Shown here one piece after another: positions 33,579 to 47,405 of a DNA stretch of 64,000 bases. The notes beneath the pieces are model-generated. The model was not told the DNA's origin, made no database searches, and was given only the letters and a program-made list of their open reading frames with translations. The DNA lies in assembly GCA_050230475.1 (NCBI GenBank), contig JBFLGF010000094.1, positions 1 to 64,000 of the forward strand, in the 5' to 3' direction. The stretch's first letter is position 1, and each line of letters opens with the position of its first letter. Both the position numbers and the translations under genes were made by a program. Origin of the DNA: Ancylonema sp. Lineage: Eukaryota.

Positions 33579-36369
33579 GAGTTTACTCCACAAACACAAG
33601 GGGGGCGGGGGGGGAGAGAACTTCATTTCCCATTCCTGAGCAGTCCCAATTCTATGGTCCCGGGTCCCACTCCCAGATCTTCAAGCTCCCGAAAGATCCC
33701 CACCTGAATGCAGGTGTGCACTATTTTCTCGGGAATCATCTTCTTCTTGAACAGCTCCCCAATGAGGCGAATGTTCCCCAGAGTGCGCTGCTTCACCAGA
33801 ACCTCCTTATACGCGCGCTCTGCCGCCTGAAACCCTCAACCCAATACCCCACCCCCGTTTCACATCAGGTCTACCCCCGCTGGCATGGATCCTCCACCTC
33901 CCTACCCATCCCTCTTCAACAGCTTACCCCACTAGGAAACAAAATGCCCAACACGCTTCCCACAAGCCCCGGACCCCCGACCCCCAACCTCGACCCCCCG
34001 ACCGCCCCCCCCCCCACCTGCCCAGGGTCCACCATGTTCTTCGCCTCCCTCCTCAGCTCCTCCGCCCCCTCAAACTCCACCTGGCACGTGTTGAGCAGCA
34101 CCCTCCTGAACGTCTGCGGCTTGGCGGGCTCATCTGGGTTGGGGAACTCTGGCAGGGCACTGGCCAGTGAGACACAGAGGTCTGCGTAGGTGGCGCAGAA
34201 CGTGGGCTCAGACACCGCGTTGTCGAACAGGAGCGAGATGCATGACTGCATGAGCTCGCTCGTGTCGATGCCGGTCGTCAGGAGCTGGTCGAGGAGGACG
34301 TTGTACTTCTCGGGAGTGAGTTTGTTGAGGATACTAAAAGGAGAAAAAGAAACCAAAAAAAAAAACAAACAAACAAACAAACAAACAAAAAAAAAAAAAA
34401 AAACGAGAAAGGGGGGGTGAGGGACAACCCACCAATCTGCTTCCTTGTGTTCCACGAACAATGTACTGTCCACCCTTTCCCCTACCCGTAGCCCATGGCT
34501 CATGAAACCGATTGTGAATACGAAAACGAAACCCCACAACGATATCCCACAGCAATCCCTGCTGGCGACACTCCATTTCCCGCCCCCTTACCCCTTGACC
34601 GCCCTCAGCACCCTCTCCTTATCCGTGGTTGCCTTCCGCGGCTGCCAGGGGTTGGAGGCTCGGGCGATCGCATCCACCGCGCCCTGCACCAATCACGTCA
34701 CGCCACGTCAGCCCAACCTCCCCCCACACACACAGAGACGCTGTGCCCAACCCCACCCCCCACCCCACCCCCACCCTCACCAATGCTGGCCCTGCCTGTC
34801 CCTGTCCCTGCGGCTGGGGCTGCGAAAAGGTCTGGTCTGCGTTCACATTCGGCATCTTGGCCTTCCCTGCTTCCGCATTCCCCTCTCCCGCCCCCCGAGG
34901 GGCTCTGGGCTCCTGGCCCTGCTTCTGGGGCTGGGCGGAGGGCGCGCCAGGTGGCTGTCTCGGGTTGGTCGGGGCCACGGGGGTTGGGGCGGCGGCGGAG
35001 GACGTGGACTGCTGGTGCTGGCGCCAATCGGATTGGGGCTCGGGATCTCCTCCGAGGCCATTGCTCTGTGGGGCGATCCAGACGGGATGAGGTTTTGGAG
35101 GGTTCCGGGGGGCTGGGGGTGGATCTGTATCCTGCCTATGTGTGTCTGTCTGCGTTTGATGAGTTCAGGATTGCTGGATATCCGTTCTTTTTCGAGCTTC
35201 TATCGGTTAGGAACTAGGGTATAGTATCTGCAATATTTTTCAGTCATTGATGGATGTCTTCAGTGGTGGAGGCAAAACCCTGGACCTGAACCCTGAACCT
35301 ATAACCTTCCCGCCCAGACTAACACTGTCAGTGCCAGCTGTCCACAAGCCCATGGCCTGACCTTGGAAAAGGAGGCCCTGTCCGAGTTCCCTGTATCCGT
35401 CCAGCTCCGGTTCTGTGATGCCAACACGTCAGCACCCGCATCCAGAAGCTCCTGGGGAGGATCCATGGTCACCTGGGAAAAACAGGAAAATATGTTGTGA
35501 CATTTTTGGGCACCTTTACTCTTTTGGAACACCTGTCTGTGAGGCCATTGGTACATACAGAAACCAGCGATTCCATCGTTAGATGAGGCGCGTATTCCGA
35601 TGTCTTCTACTTGACATCATGTCATGCCGCAAACTACTTGTTTTTGGCCCTACAGCAGCATTGAGGTATGCTTGCGCCACGTCAGCAAAAAGTGAGTCAT
35701 ACATGCCACGTCAGCGAAAGGTGAGTCCTACATGCCACGTCAGCAAAAAGTGAGTTCTACATGCCACGTCAACGACCACCTATGCAACTCTTCCCCGCAG
35801 TATGTGCAGACTCTACATCCACACCAGCTCTCTTTATTTCCACTCTTTATTTCCGCGCTGCATCACATCAACACTTCAAGTGCCGAAGTCACCCAGTATG
35901 TCATCATGTGCCTGTATCATGTGTCCGTACCTCTTTTAGCTCCCTCATCTGGGCCTTGGTATACTTGATCAAGTTGCCCACCACTCGTGCGCTCTTCAAA
36001 TCCAGCACATTCTGCACAATCGGGCACAAGGAGAGACAGTACTCTTCAGGTCTCCAATCACCGATCAGCAAAAACGACATCCGACCCTATCCGAAAAGGA
36101 ACACCTGTTCAGACCGCTACAAAATGAACACATAAAAAACAAGAAAACAAAAATCAAAAACATCACAAGGCAGGAGCAGAGCAGGCCAAGAACCCATGCA
36201 CGGGGCGGGACATCATTGATTCCATGACAATGCTTCGGAGCGAGGTGTGCGAGCCTACGTCGAGAAAGTTTTGATTCGGCATACGCCCCATGGAGCCCAT
36301 TCCAAAGCCGCGGCCGCCCCCTGGCCGCAGCGAGTGTCCCCCGCCAGGTCTCAAACTGACTGACGTCAT
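32088..36369 (-). CDS. eIFiso4G: Translation initiation factor eIF(iso)4G
   Basis: Exon 1 (36369-36259) has SLRPGGG twice; exon 36011-35931 has [16 protein letters not shown]4[79 protein letters not shown]-terminal MA3 domain in 32088-32981. The frame break falls in poly-C runs near 32920-33050; the exon structure near 35100-35300 is not resolved. Confidence 0.92.
33517..33575. repeat. (AC)n microsatellite in an eIFiso4G intron
   Basis: Direct dinucleotide run. Confidence 0.95.
35676..35772. repeat. 29-bp minisatellite (~3.4 units), each unit containing GCCACGTCA
   Basis: ATGCCACGTCAGCAAAAAGTGAGTCATAC-type units in tandem inside an eIFiso4G intron. Confidence 0.9.
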
Positions 36370-37601
36370 CCTCTGAAAGCCCGCGAGAAACGGACCCCCC
36401 AACCGTCAATGAGACGCGGGACAAGGATAGCGGCGAAGATGCTACCCTCTTCGTGCAAGACAACGTGAGGGCAGTCGGGCGTTATGTGTCATAATGGAAA
36501 ACTTATTAAAAAATAAAAGAACCTGATTGTGTCGACTGCACCTCTCAAGTAAACGTGTCCACTGCCATGTAAGCGATGTAAGAACCACTCCTGGCATAGT
36601 GTTTTGGTATGCTCGCTCATACGAGTAGAGCGACCGAGCGACCTAGATGTAACAGCTATTAACAGAGATGATTTTCAGAAAACCCAATAAAGTACAAGAA
36701 CCCTTTATACGGAAGAAAGGGTGGCATACGGCGCTAGACGGAGCATTCAGCAACATATGCCTTGTTGGGCACTCCCACCGGATTCCCGTGCCTGTAGCTA
36801 ACGTCTGACAGTTTTGATGTAACGATTTTTAGCCCTATCCCCACTTTACTATCTCTTTATTGTTTTCACGACTGATCGGGCGACCCGACAACCTCACTCT
36901 CTATTGAGGATGTAGCCTGTTCATTGCATAAGCATAAAATTTGAACCCATAATATATATTTCCTTACCCTAAACTGTCGAAGTTTGTCAGGGTTTAAAAA
37001 AATTACTCGCCAGAGCCCCTGCTTGACATTCGACCGGCGAGGTATTGCGTCTTCGTAAGAAATACACACATCCCTAATCAGCAGTCTCCGTGACGCACAT
37101 TTCAATCGATAACCCTTACCAATATGTTATGGTCTGCCTCAGTCCAGCGTGAGCACACCACGAGTGCCCAGAAGTCGCTGCATACACCTGCAGGTTTCCT
37201 TCCGCTTCCTCCGCTACGAAACAGGGAGTCTTAAATCTCTCTCAGGGGGCGGGCAGCTGGCGCAATGTCGCCCACCATTCCAAAACCTCAATCAGTTGCG
37301 CCGACCGAGAAGTTTTTGCCGTATGCCCACAAAAGGTGTGCTTATACAGTGCGCTGATAGGAAAGTTTGGCTATACAGCGGGCTGCGGACTCGGGATGCG
37401 GGCTCGTCGATTGACTGCTCTTCAAAAGTTCTGCACATCACCCTGCTGTCAGGGATGAGATGCAGCGTAAACCCGTCCCGGGATGAAGGCTTTCGCCGAT
37501 TACAACTTCCGTGGTATTGGAGCTAGAGGAATCCTTGGACCAGATGTAGGCCACATTTACAACGCAAGAAGCGCTCTAAATTCTGGTGAAAACACGTCAG
37601 G

Positions 37602-40600
37602 ATGTGGTGCTTCGAGTGGTGGTGCTGCTGTCGGAATGCATGTGACGAGTCCTCGATGAAAGTATCATGCGAGATGTCGGAGGCCCGGAAAACAACAGAA
37701 AGAGGCACTGAACCAATTCCAGTCAACATGACGAGAAACACACCGCCACAGGCCAGAGTGGTTCCAGTGGCAGAACACACAACGTCGTATAGTGGAGACC
37801 AAGTCCGTCACGCAGGTCTCGCCGAGATGGCAGGATCAGATGTCCCTCGTACTCCACCTGATCCGTCAAGGGATTTCCAGGAAGATTCAGATAGAGCCAG
37901 CGGTATTTTGGGGTTTTCTCCGAATCTAGAATGCCCTCAAGATGACATGCGATTGTCAGGCTCAAATCCGGTTGCAGCAACTGGAATATATGAAAGGAAA
38001 CGACTCCTATCGAAAAGCCGTTTCTTTCAGAATTTTGCATGCACTTTTAGGGGATCGGATACAGTGTTAAAACGAGTGAACAAAGAGTTTGCGACAAGAA
38101 TCTCAGTTGTGGAGTTTAAGCACCGTGTTCACGCTCTGGCAAGAATTGAGCACTTTTTAATTCCGCGCGTGCTGGATTTCTCTGCAAAAGGGGATGAGAT
38201 GCATATCATGTTTCAGCTGCAGCTACCACGTAAGAAGTGTTGTGACACACACACAATCTCGCACAAGTGAACCTTAGAAAACACAAGTTAACGGGCTATG
38301 TGTCAGATCCACCAATGAAGTCGCCCGCATGTGTAAAGCGCAGGCTAGATCGATAAGATGCGATGCCATTTCGTTTAAAGGACAGTCAGTGTATGTCCAA
38401 GCAACCGTCTAGTTATGGGATACCTCCGAGAGGGTTGCAGTGGAGGGCCCGGGGGGGGGGGTGGTGCACTGGGGCCAGGACTGTACCGTATCAGTATTTT
38501 GTATGCTGTTCGTTCATGTGGGTCCTCACTGTAAAGAGAAGTACTAAGAGTGCAGATGAAGAAACTAGAGGAAGAATATCCTAATTTCACTGTCAACACC
38601 CTAGACTAAAAAAACAAGCCGTTATTGAAAAAAAAACTAACTTGAATTGTTGAGGCAGGTGTAACTTTGGCAGACGTTCTGGAACGTGGTGCCGGCTTTC
38701 CATGGTTCGCCCGCATACGTACTGCAGGTTATGCTGCGTGCGGCCTGAGACGTTTGCATGAGGTACTGAACACCTCCACACTTGGCAGCCCTTCATGGCA
38801 CCTCATAAACTCTGAACCACTACTGAACCATTTTAAAAACTTGCATCCTGGGAAAAGCTCCCAAACTGCCGCCTCACATGTCGTGGAAATGTACTGTTGT
38901 ATCTGACCTATCTGACCTATCATGGCTATATGGCTGATGGAGTGAAGTTTGCCGTTTTGGGACTGTCAGGTGAGGATGCAGACTGGATGCGCCATCTATT
39001 GGCTTCCTGATTCTAAGGATATGCACCTGTCGAAGTCTGGCCTTCAGTTGTCGCGCGTCGGAGAATCACATCTTGTGCCTGCAAAACGTTTGCCTGAGGC
39101 TATTGCTTGCAGACTTAACATGTCGGGATATTCAGGTAAAAGTGCTTTGAAACTCAAGATTGCAGTCAGGTTTCTTATGTTACCTGTTTCAAGGTTCAAG
39201 TATCCCGCAATTACTGAAGTTACTCTATTGCATGACATCCACATGTGGTTAATCTCCAGCGGTCATTTTGTTAGCTACCTTTATTGAACAGTATTCCTAA
39301 GCTCATGCTGCTGAAGTTTCTTCATCTATGCAGAGAAATGAATTCGTCTCTGTTGATCAGGCAAGTAAGATATTTTCACTTGTCCAGCAGCAAATGATGT
39401 TGTTCTCACTGCTTTTTTGGATTGGTTTCTAATGAAGTTCTTTGGTTTCATGTTAAAGCTCCTGAGCAGATGGTCGACGAAGAAATCACAATGAAAACAG
39501 ATGTTTTCGCCATTGGAATCCTGATCCTGGAGCTCTTAACTGGAAGACCACCCATTACTGAGTGCGATCTTGGACTCAGTAGGGAGTCAGATACGGATGA
39601 TGAACGCCAGACTTTATTTTTTACGATGAAGGCAGCTCTCTCCAATCCCTGCATTTTTCAGGAGTTGGATCCCAGTCTCGAGCATGATTTTCAAGTAATA
39701 TCTGGCTTATTCCTAATAAAAAGCACCAATGAAAGTTACATCATACCTTTCCGTCACGCTCTCTTAGTAGGTCTTTATTGTTTATGGAACGCCAATGATG
39801 CACTTAGCATACCTGACAGAGCTCTGTTTCTTCTATGTTTCATGCACGCTGACAATGCCAATGTGGTTACCGTTTTGCCCTTAGGTTCATCCTGCTTCGA
39901 GATCTGTACTTTCTGTCGTCGACCTCGCTCGGAGATGCCTGCAACCGTCTCCTGTGCACAGGCCAAGTGATAGCACGACTAGGGAGGTTGTACATCGGAG
40001 AAGATTCAGATTCTTCGGTTGAGGAAGGCGAGGATGATGAAGACAGCCCAGGCAGACAGGACACAGACTCCGAAGAAAGGGAGGATGAAGAACGGCTTTC
40101 AGACATTTCCCGCGGTGGTATCTCCAGGAACAGGGTCAGGGAGGCAAGTCATGGCACTTATGGGAGTGATGCAGAAGCTGGATATGTCCAAACAGATGAA
40201 GAGGAACGCACAGGAGATCATGAACCTGCATGTCTATCTTCCACCCCCCTGGATGGTGAGGAGCATCATACATATGGGGACGTGTACACCACTCCACTAT
40301 CCGCAAGGGGGTTTCCACCAAGATCGATGTCTGGAACTCATCTTCAGCAGGAACCCTCAGAGGCAGGTTTCTGTCTCGCAAAGTCTTCCACAGTCATTCT
40401 GTCAGAAATTTCTACAGCTTCAGAGTTGGATGACGTCGGCGGTTCTGGTGATGACGGAAAAGGAAAGGAAGCGGAGGGACAGCGGAGGGACTATTCTTGG
40501 TGGGCTTGATTCAGTTGAACCAGTTCCAAGGGCTGTGAACCACAGTCATTGGCAGTATCCGAGTCAATGTCCAGGCGGGGTCACAGAGGGGAAGTTACGG

Positions 40601-41300
40601 AGGAGTGATACTACAGAAACGTTACCCCTTTATAGTGATACTTCTGGAACAGTTGTCCCACGTGGCTTCTGCCTCAGCCGAAGCTCTACTTTTCCATCTG
40701 GCAACATGCCCCCTCTATCTGAAGTGAGATTGTCAAGTGTTCAGCAGATTCTTCAGGTCGGACAGGGCTTCCATGCTGGAGGCGGCTATGATGCTACTCT
40801 GCCTTGTGATGGTTCTCCTGACCAGTTTGAAGACCCAGAGGAAGTTTTTGATGAAGACTTTCTGACTGACAGCAGTCCCCTCAGTCTCGCTGGGTGGGTG
40901 GATGAGACTGAAGGGAGCATTCCAGAGAGGGACAGTTGGACGGTGTTCCCATTTCTCAACGCTATCTTAGGAAGGCGTCAGAAGAAGAGCCAAGGCAGAC
41001 CATTTGCTGAGGACGTAAGTATCTCATCCGCAATGAACCATGCTGTTGCTGATACTGAATGCATGCAACCTGATTGCACAAGTATAAGAATGTGTTGTAG
41101 CAAAGTGTAGCTTATGGATACTGTCGACGAGGGTTGAATCAGTCTCAAATCTGCATCGTTTGCTTTATTCGGAATTTAAACTGCTGGTCTTACACACTTG
41201 AAGGGGTTTTTAAGCTTACGAATTTTTTTCTGTGTGTCTGGTGGAACAGGTGGACTTGTTTGCAGCAGCAGCTGCTCCAGTGGAGGTCGGGAGAGACTAA
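37602..41300 (+). CDS. RLK/Pelle-family cytoplasmic pseudokinase with acidic C-terminal tail (two apparent frameshifts; possibly a pseudogene)
   Basis: Spliced kinase-fold motifs: VLKRV, EFKHRVHALARIEH, PWFARIRTAGYAACGLRRLHE, GYS|APE, TMKTDVFAIGILILELLTGRPP, LDPSL, LARRCLQPSPVHRPS. HRD and DFG are absent. N-terminal WCCC cluster. Last exon 41250-41300. Confidence 0.8.
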
Positions 41301-42001
41301 GCCGTATTAGCGATTCAGTGACTATCTAGATCTTCAATTGATTGGTGGACAGCTGGACCTCAAGGTTATTCTGAATAGTACTTGTTGCATCTGTGATCTG
41401 TGGAGTTCAAAGGCGTAGATTGTATTGGTTGTACCATTTCACAAGTGGTGTGTTCGTTCCAAGGAGCAAACAGATGCAAGACAATCAGAGTAATTAAGTA
41501 TTATTATTACGATCGGTAATTGATGGTCACCATCTGCTTCAAGTAGTCTTTGAGAAAAGCCTCAGTAGTTTGTAGTGTGATGTAAAACTATTGTGGTACA
41601 GTTTCCCTGCATACTCCCTGACTCAATATTGGCCATTCATAGTGCTTCTTGTAGAGTGTTATCATTCCATGATGCTGGCCTTTGTCACTTTTTGTTCACA
41701 CAATTCAAGCATGTGCATGTTGGTTACAACCTGGCCATGCCTCGCACTAGTCATTTGTTGTCAGGTGGGTATGGTGATCCCTACAGAATACAAGAGTGCA
41801 TGGTGGACAGTTGAATGTATAGATGCTCACAATTATCGGCGTGGACGAAACGCATTTCACAATCATTACTTGGCCTAGAAGGGGTCGAAACGGCTTGAAA
41901 GTAACGGTAATGTATCTTATATGCATTGAACATGTGTGATTTAGCTTATCTACTGACTTTCTAGAAACGATCTTGTCTTGGTGACTTTGTGTCGATGTTG
42001 G

Positions 42002-45000
42002 TGTTAGTTTTTAGGGGCTGTGAACTTTTGTCGTTATATCGATTTTAGCAATACCGGGAATTTAGCTTTAGTTTTGTCGTTATTCAACAAATGCAGGCTG
42101 CAGGTAGGCTGCAGGCCGGCTGCAGGCCGATGTCCTTGTTTCAATGATTATTTGGCCATCTGGCACAAGTGTCGATAAGAACTAGTTGATGTGGCAGAAT
42201 GCTTATATATGATTGGCAGTTGACGAAATACTTTCGATACCAGTAGATTCTTTGATCAGGCAACAATCGACTGTACTAGGTCTGAACTTGTATGCTGAAT
42301 TCTGTAATCAGACTTTTCTACTTCAAACTTGCACTTTTGTTGTGTCAACGTTTGTAATGACGTGATTTGTCGATTCAAGAGTTGTCTGAGAGAATTGTGC
42401 TTTATTCTTGCATTGATGGCAGAAGAAAGCACTCACAGTGGTATTAGAGCACGATACTGCATTCTGGATGGAGATAAAGTTACCTTTCAAGCATGGAGAT
42501 CTAAGGCCTCAGCTACTCTTGATGATGCTGAGTGCCTTGAGATCATCTGCAAAGGAACAGAGACTATTCCAACTGAGGTTACAGCCAGATATGATGATGA
42601 ACACTGACCAGGCCAACAAATGAAAGAAATGGAGGAGTATACACTTGATGTTAGAAGCTTCCGCAAAAGATCAAAGAAGGCAGTCATGCTACTCATGCAA
42701 TTTTTCAGTGACGACATCGCTACATCACTTGAACAGCTTGAACGAGATCCAAAGGCGATATGGGACTATCTGACAGAGGAGTATGACAAGGTGTCTCCAG
42801 AACTTCGACAGATTGCAAAAGAGCTGAACTCTTTCAAGATCGATGAAAAGATGCCAGACAGAGAAATCAAGAATATTTTTATGTCAATCATCAGAGAGTG
42901 TGTACATCAAAAATTTCCAGTCAGCGCAGAAGATCAGGTGATGGCATTGTTTGCTGGCATGTCAAGAACAAAATACGGCATGTTGAAGAAGCTTTACTAT
43001 GGGCAGAAAGAGGCACCTGAGATCAGCTGGATCTAGGGGCAGATGGGAATGGATGAGTTGGACGACAAGAAAGAAAAGGATGTCAAAGATGCTGAGGCAC
43101 TAGTTGTAGAGGCAAACTATGCTAAGTGGAGCCAAGGCAAAGGTGGTGGTATCGACAATCGTGGAGGCAGGGGTACATTCAGGGGGTATTCAGCAAATAA
43201 TCGTGGAATCAGAGGTGGTCGTGGAGGCAGAGGTGGAGGCAGTGGATCAAGTGGAGGACATTCCTGCTATACTTGTGGAGAGACAGGTCACTACAGCAGA
43301 GAAGCCTGCTCCAAGAAAAACGAAGAATACAAATATTGTGGAGCCATTGGTCATGTGGAATTCACATGTTTCGACAAGAAAAACGAAGTTCCACGAATGC
43401 AGAGAAAGGGGGTACGCACTGGGAGAAAAAAAACAGCTTTCGTTGGCGAAATCGATGAGGGGAAGAGCTGTGGTCATGCAGAAGCTATCATCGCTGAAAT
43501 CTTCTATGGAGGAAATGTTGCAGATAATGATGATGATGCGGAGAAAAATTTCCTTTTCGACGATGGTTCCAGTCACCATTCCTGTGGACGAAGAAAATCT
43601 TTTCAAAAATCCTCGAAGACATTCCACACGAGGTCATCATGCATCATCTGGTCGGAAAATGTGCGAGTGAAGCAGTGGAGTGGGGAACAATTGAGCTAAA
43701 TACTGAAGGAGAGTGTGGAGGAGTAACACTCAATAAATGTTTGTACATTCCTGGGATGCGCATTAATTTGTTCAGCGGTCAGAAAGCGAGAGAAGCGGGG
43801 TGGTCTTACACTTGCAGTGGAAAAGCTGGTGGCATCATTCCAGTTTACAACAAATCTGGACAACAAGTCTGCACTCTGCAAGAAACATCGAAGGTCGAAA
43901 AACTATAATCTGCACACTGGTTCGGCTTCAGCAACTTAGTGAAGGGGAAGCTCTTGTAGCTGCTGTCGAAATCAACCTCCTGCACACAAGACTTGGGCAT
44001 GCAAATGAGAGAGTGCTCAAAAATGTGGCACGACAACATCTTGTACGAGGACTGGAAGGAGGCATCTCAGGAGTTCTGCGAAACTGTGAAGGGTGCAAGC
44101 TGGGGAAGGCACACAACAAACCTCATCCTCGACGAGAAGTTGGTGAAGGAGAACAAGTCTGCCTGGGAAGAGTGTCGGTGGACTTGGCAGGGCCGTTCAA
44201 TCCAGCATCAATACGGGAAGGAGTGTACAACATGGTGCTCGTCGATGAATACAGCCGAAAATCCTGGGTGGAAATACTTCGCAGCAAAGATGATGCAACT
44301 CCTCAACTGAAACAAGATCGGACTGGGAAAATGAGTGCGCTGGCTTGGCTTGGTGTGTTAGTTGGATGGAATCCCGACACTCCTTGCTACCGAGTCTGGG
44401 ATCCTGCAACGAACAAAAAAGTACACAACGTTGGCACTGGTCATGCAGACTTCGATGAATCTGTCCAAGCAAAGCTGGTGGAGGGGTCAGAAAATTGGCA
44501 AGACGGCAAGAGTGCATGAGCCAGTTGCAGAAACAAAAATGTCATGGCCAGATCTGGATGCAGCTGATCAAGGAGCAGGGGGTAGTGTTGGCCTCGGAGG
44601 GGGCATTTCTGGAGGTGGGCAACCTGCCTATGGCGATCCAAATTCTGTCGATGAAGAGAGATCCCTGATGTTGTGGGAAATCCATTGCCACAGCTTCCGA
44701 GATCCCCTCTTCCTCAGAGTGCAGATCTTCCAAAACTTGTCAGCAATTATAGTGGAGGCGATGAAGACGAAAGATCATCTGGAAGCTGGTCCCAGAATGG
44801 TATCCAGATGATGCTACTCCTCTTGAGCTGGGTGTAAAATTTTCTGCAAACTGTGAATCTGCTTCTGAATCTGCTGGAATAGAGGGTGTGGGCTACAAGT
44901 CTGCAATGGGCAATTTGCTGCATCTCACTTCTGGAACAAGACCTGATCTGGCAGCTGCTGTTAACTCCTTGTGTCGATACAGTCAGCAGCCAGGGGACAA

Positions 45001-46072
45001 GCATTGGGAGGGGGTAAAGAGAGTTTTGCGAAATCTCAAGGAAACTGTCAATTTGGGGCTGATGTATAAGAAAAGAGGTGATTTGCCAGTCAGTGGTTAC
45101 TCAGATGCTAGTCATGGTGACGACGTCGACACTAGGAAGGGGAGACTGGCTATGTCTTTCTTAGTGGAGGAGCTGCTTGTGAGCTGGAAAAGTGGTCTCA
45201 TGGAAACAGTCACACACTCAAGCTGTGAAAGTAAGTATTTGGCATTGAGTGCTGCTGGAAATGAGGCCATTTATTTGACCAGATGCAAAAGGAGTTGGGT
45301 ATTGGTGGGGGGAGTGTGTTTATTGCTGCGAGACAATGAGAGTTCTTTGAATCTTGCTGAGAATCCTGTTTTTCACAAGCGCTCCAAACACATCGAGATC
45401 AAGTATCATTCCATTCGAGAGAGGGTGTCCAAGAAAAAGATCAGTCTACAGATTGTCAAGAATGAAGACCAGGCTGCTGATATGTTGACAAAACCAGTTT
45501 CTGTCAAGGTGTTGAAGAAGAATTGTGATCTGGTGGGGAGCTGGTGTATTAGTGAGTTTTTTGTCGACTTGTGTTTGTAAAATCGATATCGTTGTGGTTA
45601 TCGTTTTTGGAGGGGGAATACAAAAGTACCCAGGAAGAGGGTATTAGTTTTTAGGGGCTGTGAACTTTTGTTGTTATATCGATTTTAGCAATACCGGGAA
45701 TTTAGCTTTAGTTTTGTCGTTATTCAGCAAATGCAGGCGCAGGCTGCAGGCAGGCTGCAGGCCGGCTGCAGGCCGATGTCCTTGTTTCAATGATAACTTG
45801 GCCATCTGGCACAAGTGTCGATTAGAACTAGTTGATGTGGCAGAATGCTTAGTTATGATTGGTAGTTGACGAAGTAGTTTCGATAGGAGTAGATTCTTTG
45901 ACCAGGCAACAATCGACTGTACTATGTCTGAGCTTGTTTGCTGAATTCTGTAATCAGACTTTTCTACTTCAAACTTGCACTTTTGTTGTGTCAACGTTTG
46001 TAATGACGTGATTTGTTTGTCTGAGAGAATTGTGCTTTATTCTTGCATTGATGGCAGAAGAAAGCACTCACA
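42002..46072 (+). mobile_element. Ty1/Copia LTR retrotransposon with internal deletions
   Basis: LTRs at 42002-42437 and 45642-46072, TSD GTTGG on both sides, PBS TGGTATTAGAGC (tRNA-iMet 3' end type) and PPT AGGAAGAGGG. Contains gag with knuckle CYTCGETGHYSREAC, protease (FDDGSSHH), GAG-pre-integrase (LHTRLGH..CEGC), partial integrase, RT C-terminus and RNase H (GYSDAS, FHKRSKHIEIKYH). Confidence 0.95.
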
Positions 46073-46605
46073 GTTGGCTCACTAGGTGCGATTGTGTATC
46101 TAGTGTCAATGAATTATTATATGTGTATGATATCCAATTCGACATGACACTTCATGGAGTGGGTAATCTCCCAATGCATCACGTTTCTCATTACGTCATC
46201 TTTTATTGGGTATCACCGTATGGATGTTGTGGTAGCTCGTGAATGATAACATTTGTTATGCCTTCTTCACGTTTTTATCTTGACAATCCTTTTTATAGTT
46301 TTCAATGCAAATCTAGGGGTACTATTATTTATGTATGTAGATTGCTACATTTAGATCGCTACATGGATATGTTCAAAATTTGACACCAATTTTTAGCGTC
46401 GGGAGGGGTCACCTCACGGTGGAAGTATGTTTCCCACAATCCACGCATTTATTTTTTCTCAGTTACAACTTCCGATCAGGATATTATTTCAGGTGTGTTT
46501 TGCGGCAACTCGAAACAAGGCTTTGCCTTCATAATATCACAACTTACTGCGACTGTAGTGGGGCTACAATCGTCCCATTCAAACGACATAAATACGTGTG
46601 TAGGT

Positions 46606-46969
46606 CGTAGTTGCACGGACTGGCGCATTGGGCTTCCGAGGTTCCGGTTCCGGAACAGTGTCCGTCCTTGTAGGTCGAATGCCGGACCGGCGGAAGTAGG
46701 ATACTCTCGGTTTTCTTTCGGGATTTCGAAAGGAATACTTTCGAGAAAAAAAAATCCGGGAATATCTATTTTGTTCATGATTTTGGCTTGTGCATCGTGC
46801 ATAAATTAATTGAAATGTACTTCTTAACATTTCTTCACGTGCACATTTCCCCCCGAAAATTTCTGGGGAGAGGGGGACCCTAAAAAATCCCCGGTCCGAC
46901 CGGGTCCCAACTCCGGACCCGATCCGACCGCGGTCCGAAAAATCAATTTTGCCAGTCCGTACAAGATTG
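46606..46969. mobile_element. Short non-autonomous TIR element
   Basis: Imperfect TIR CGTAGTTGCACGGACTGGC / GCCAGTCCGTACAAGATTG; termini resemble those of 20901-21838. No TSD. Confidence 0.55.
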
Positions 46970-47405
46970 ATAGATGGTCTACAAGGTTGTTCCTACATCA
47001 ACTCGCGGAAAGCATTACCACCAAAATGAGTACATAGTTGGACGAAGAAACTGTCTCATGGGCCAATTTCGACACTTTTCAACACATTTTATTGTGTTTA
47101 ATTGCACTAAATAAACTCTAGCATCCCATTAATAACATCATACACATATCAAAATAGCCAACGAGTCATTAGTCATTTGCGCAATTGATTCAATGTACCA
47201 AACGCGAGCACGGATTTTTTTTTGAAGCTACCGGTATCAATATAACCTAGTATTGTATTTCTTCGGTTGATACCTACTAATATCTGCATTGTCAAAAGTG
47301 ACAAAATAAATGTTAACAATAAGTAACCCTAACTTTCAGGAAGACAAATATTCAATGTAGTCATCGGAATCAAAACGATGGAGGAAGGATAGTTTCCACA
47401 TTACG

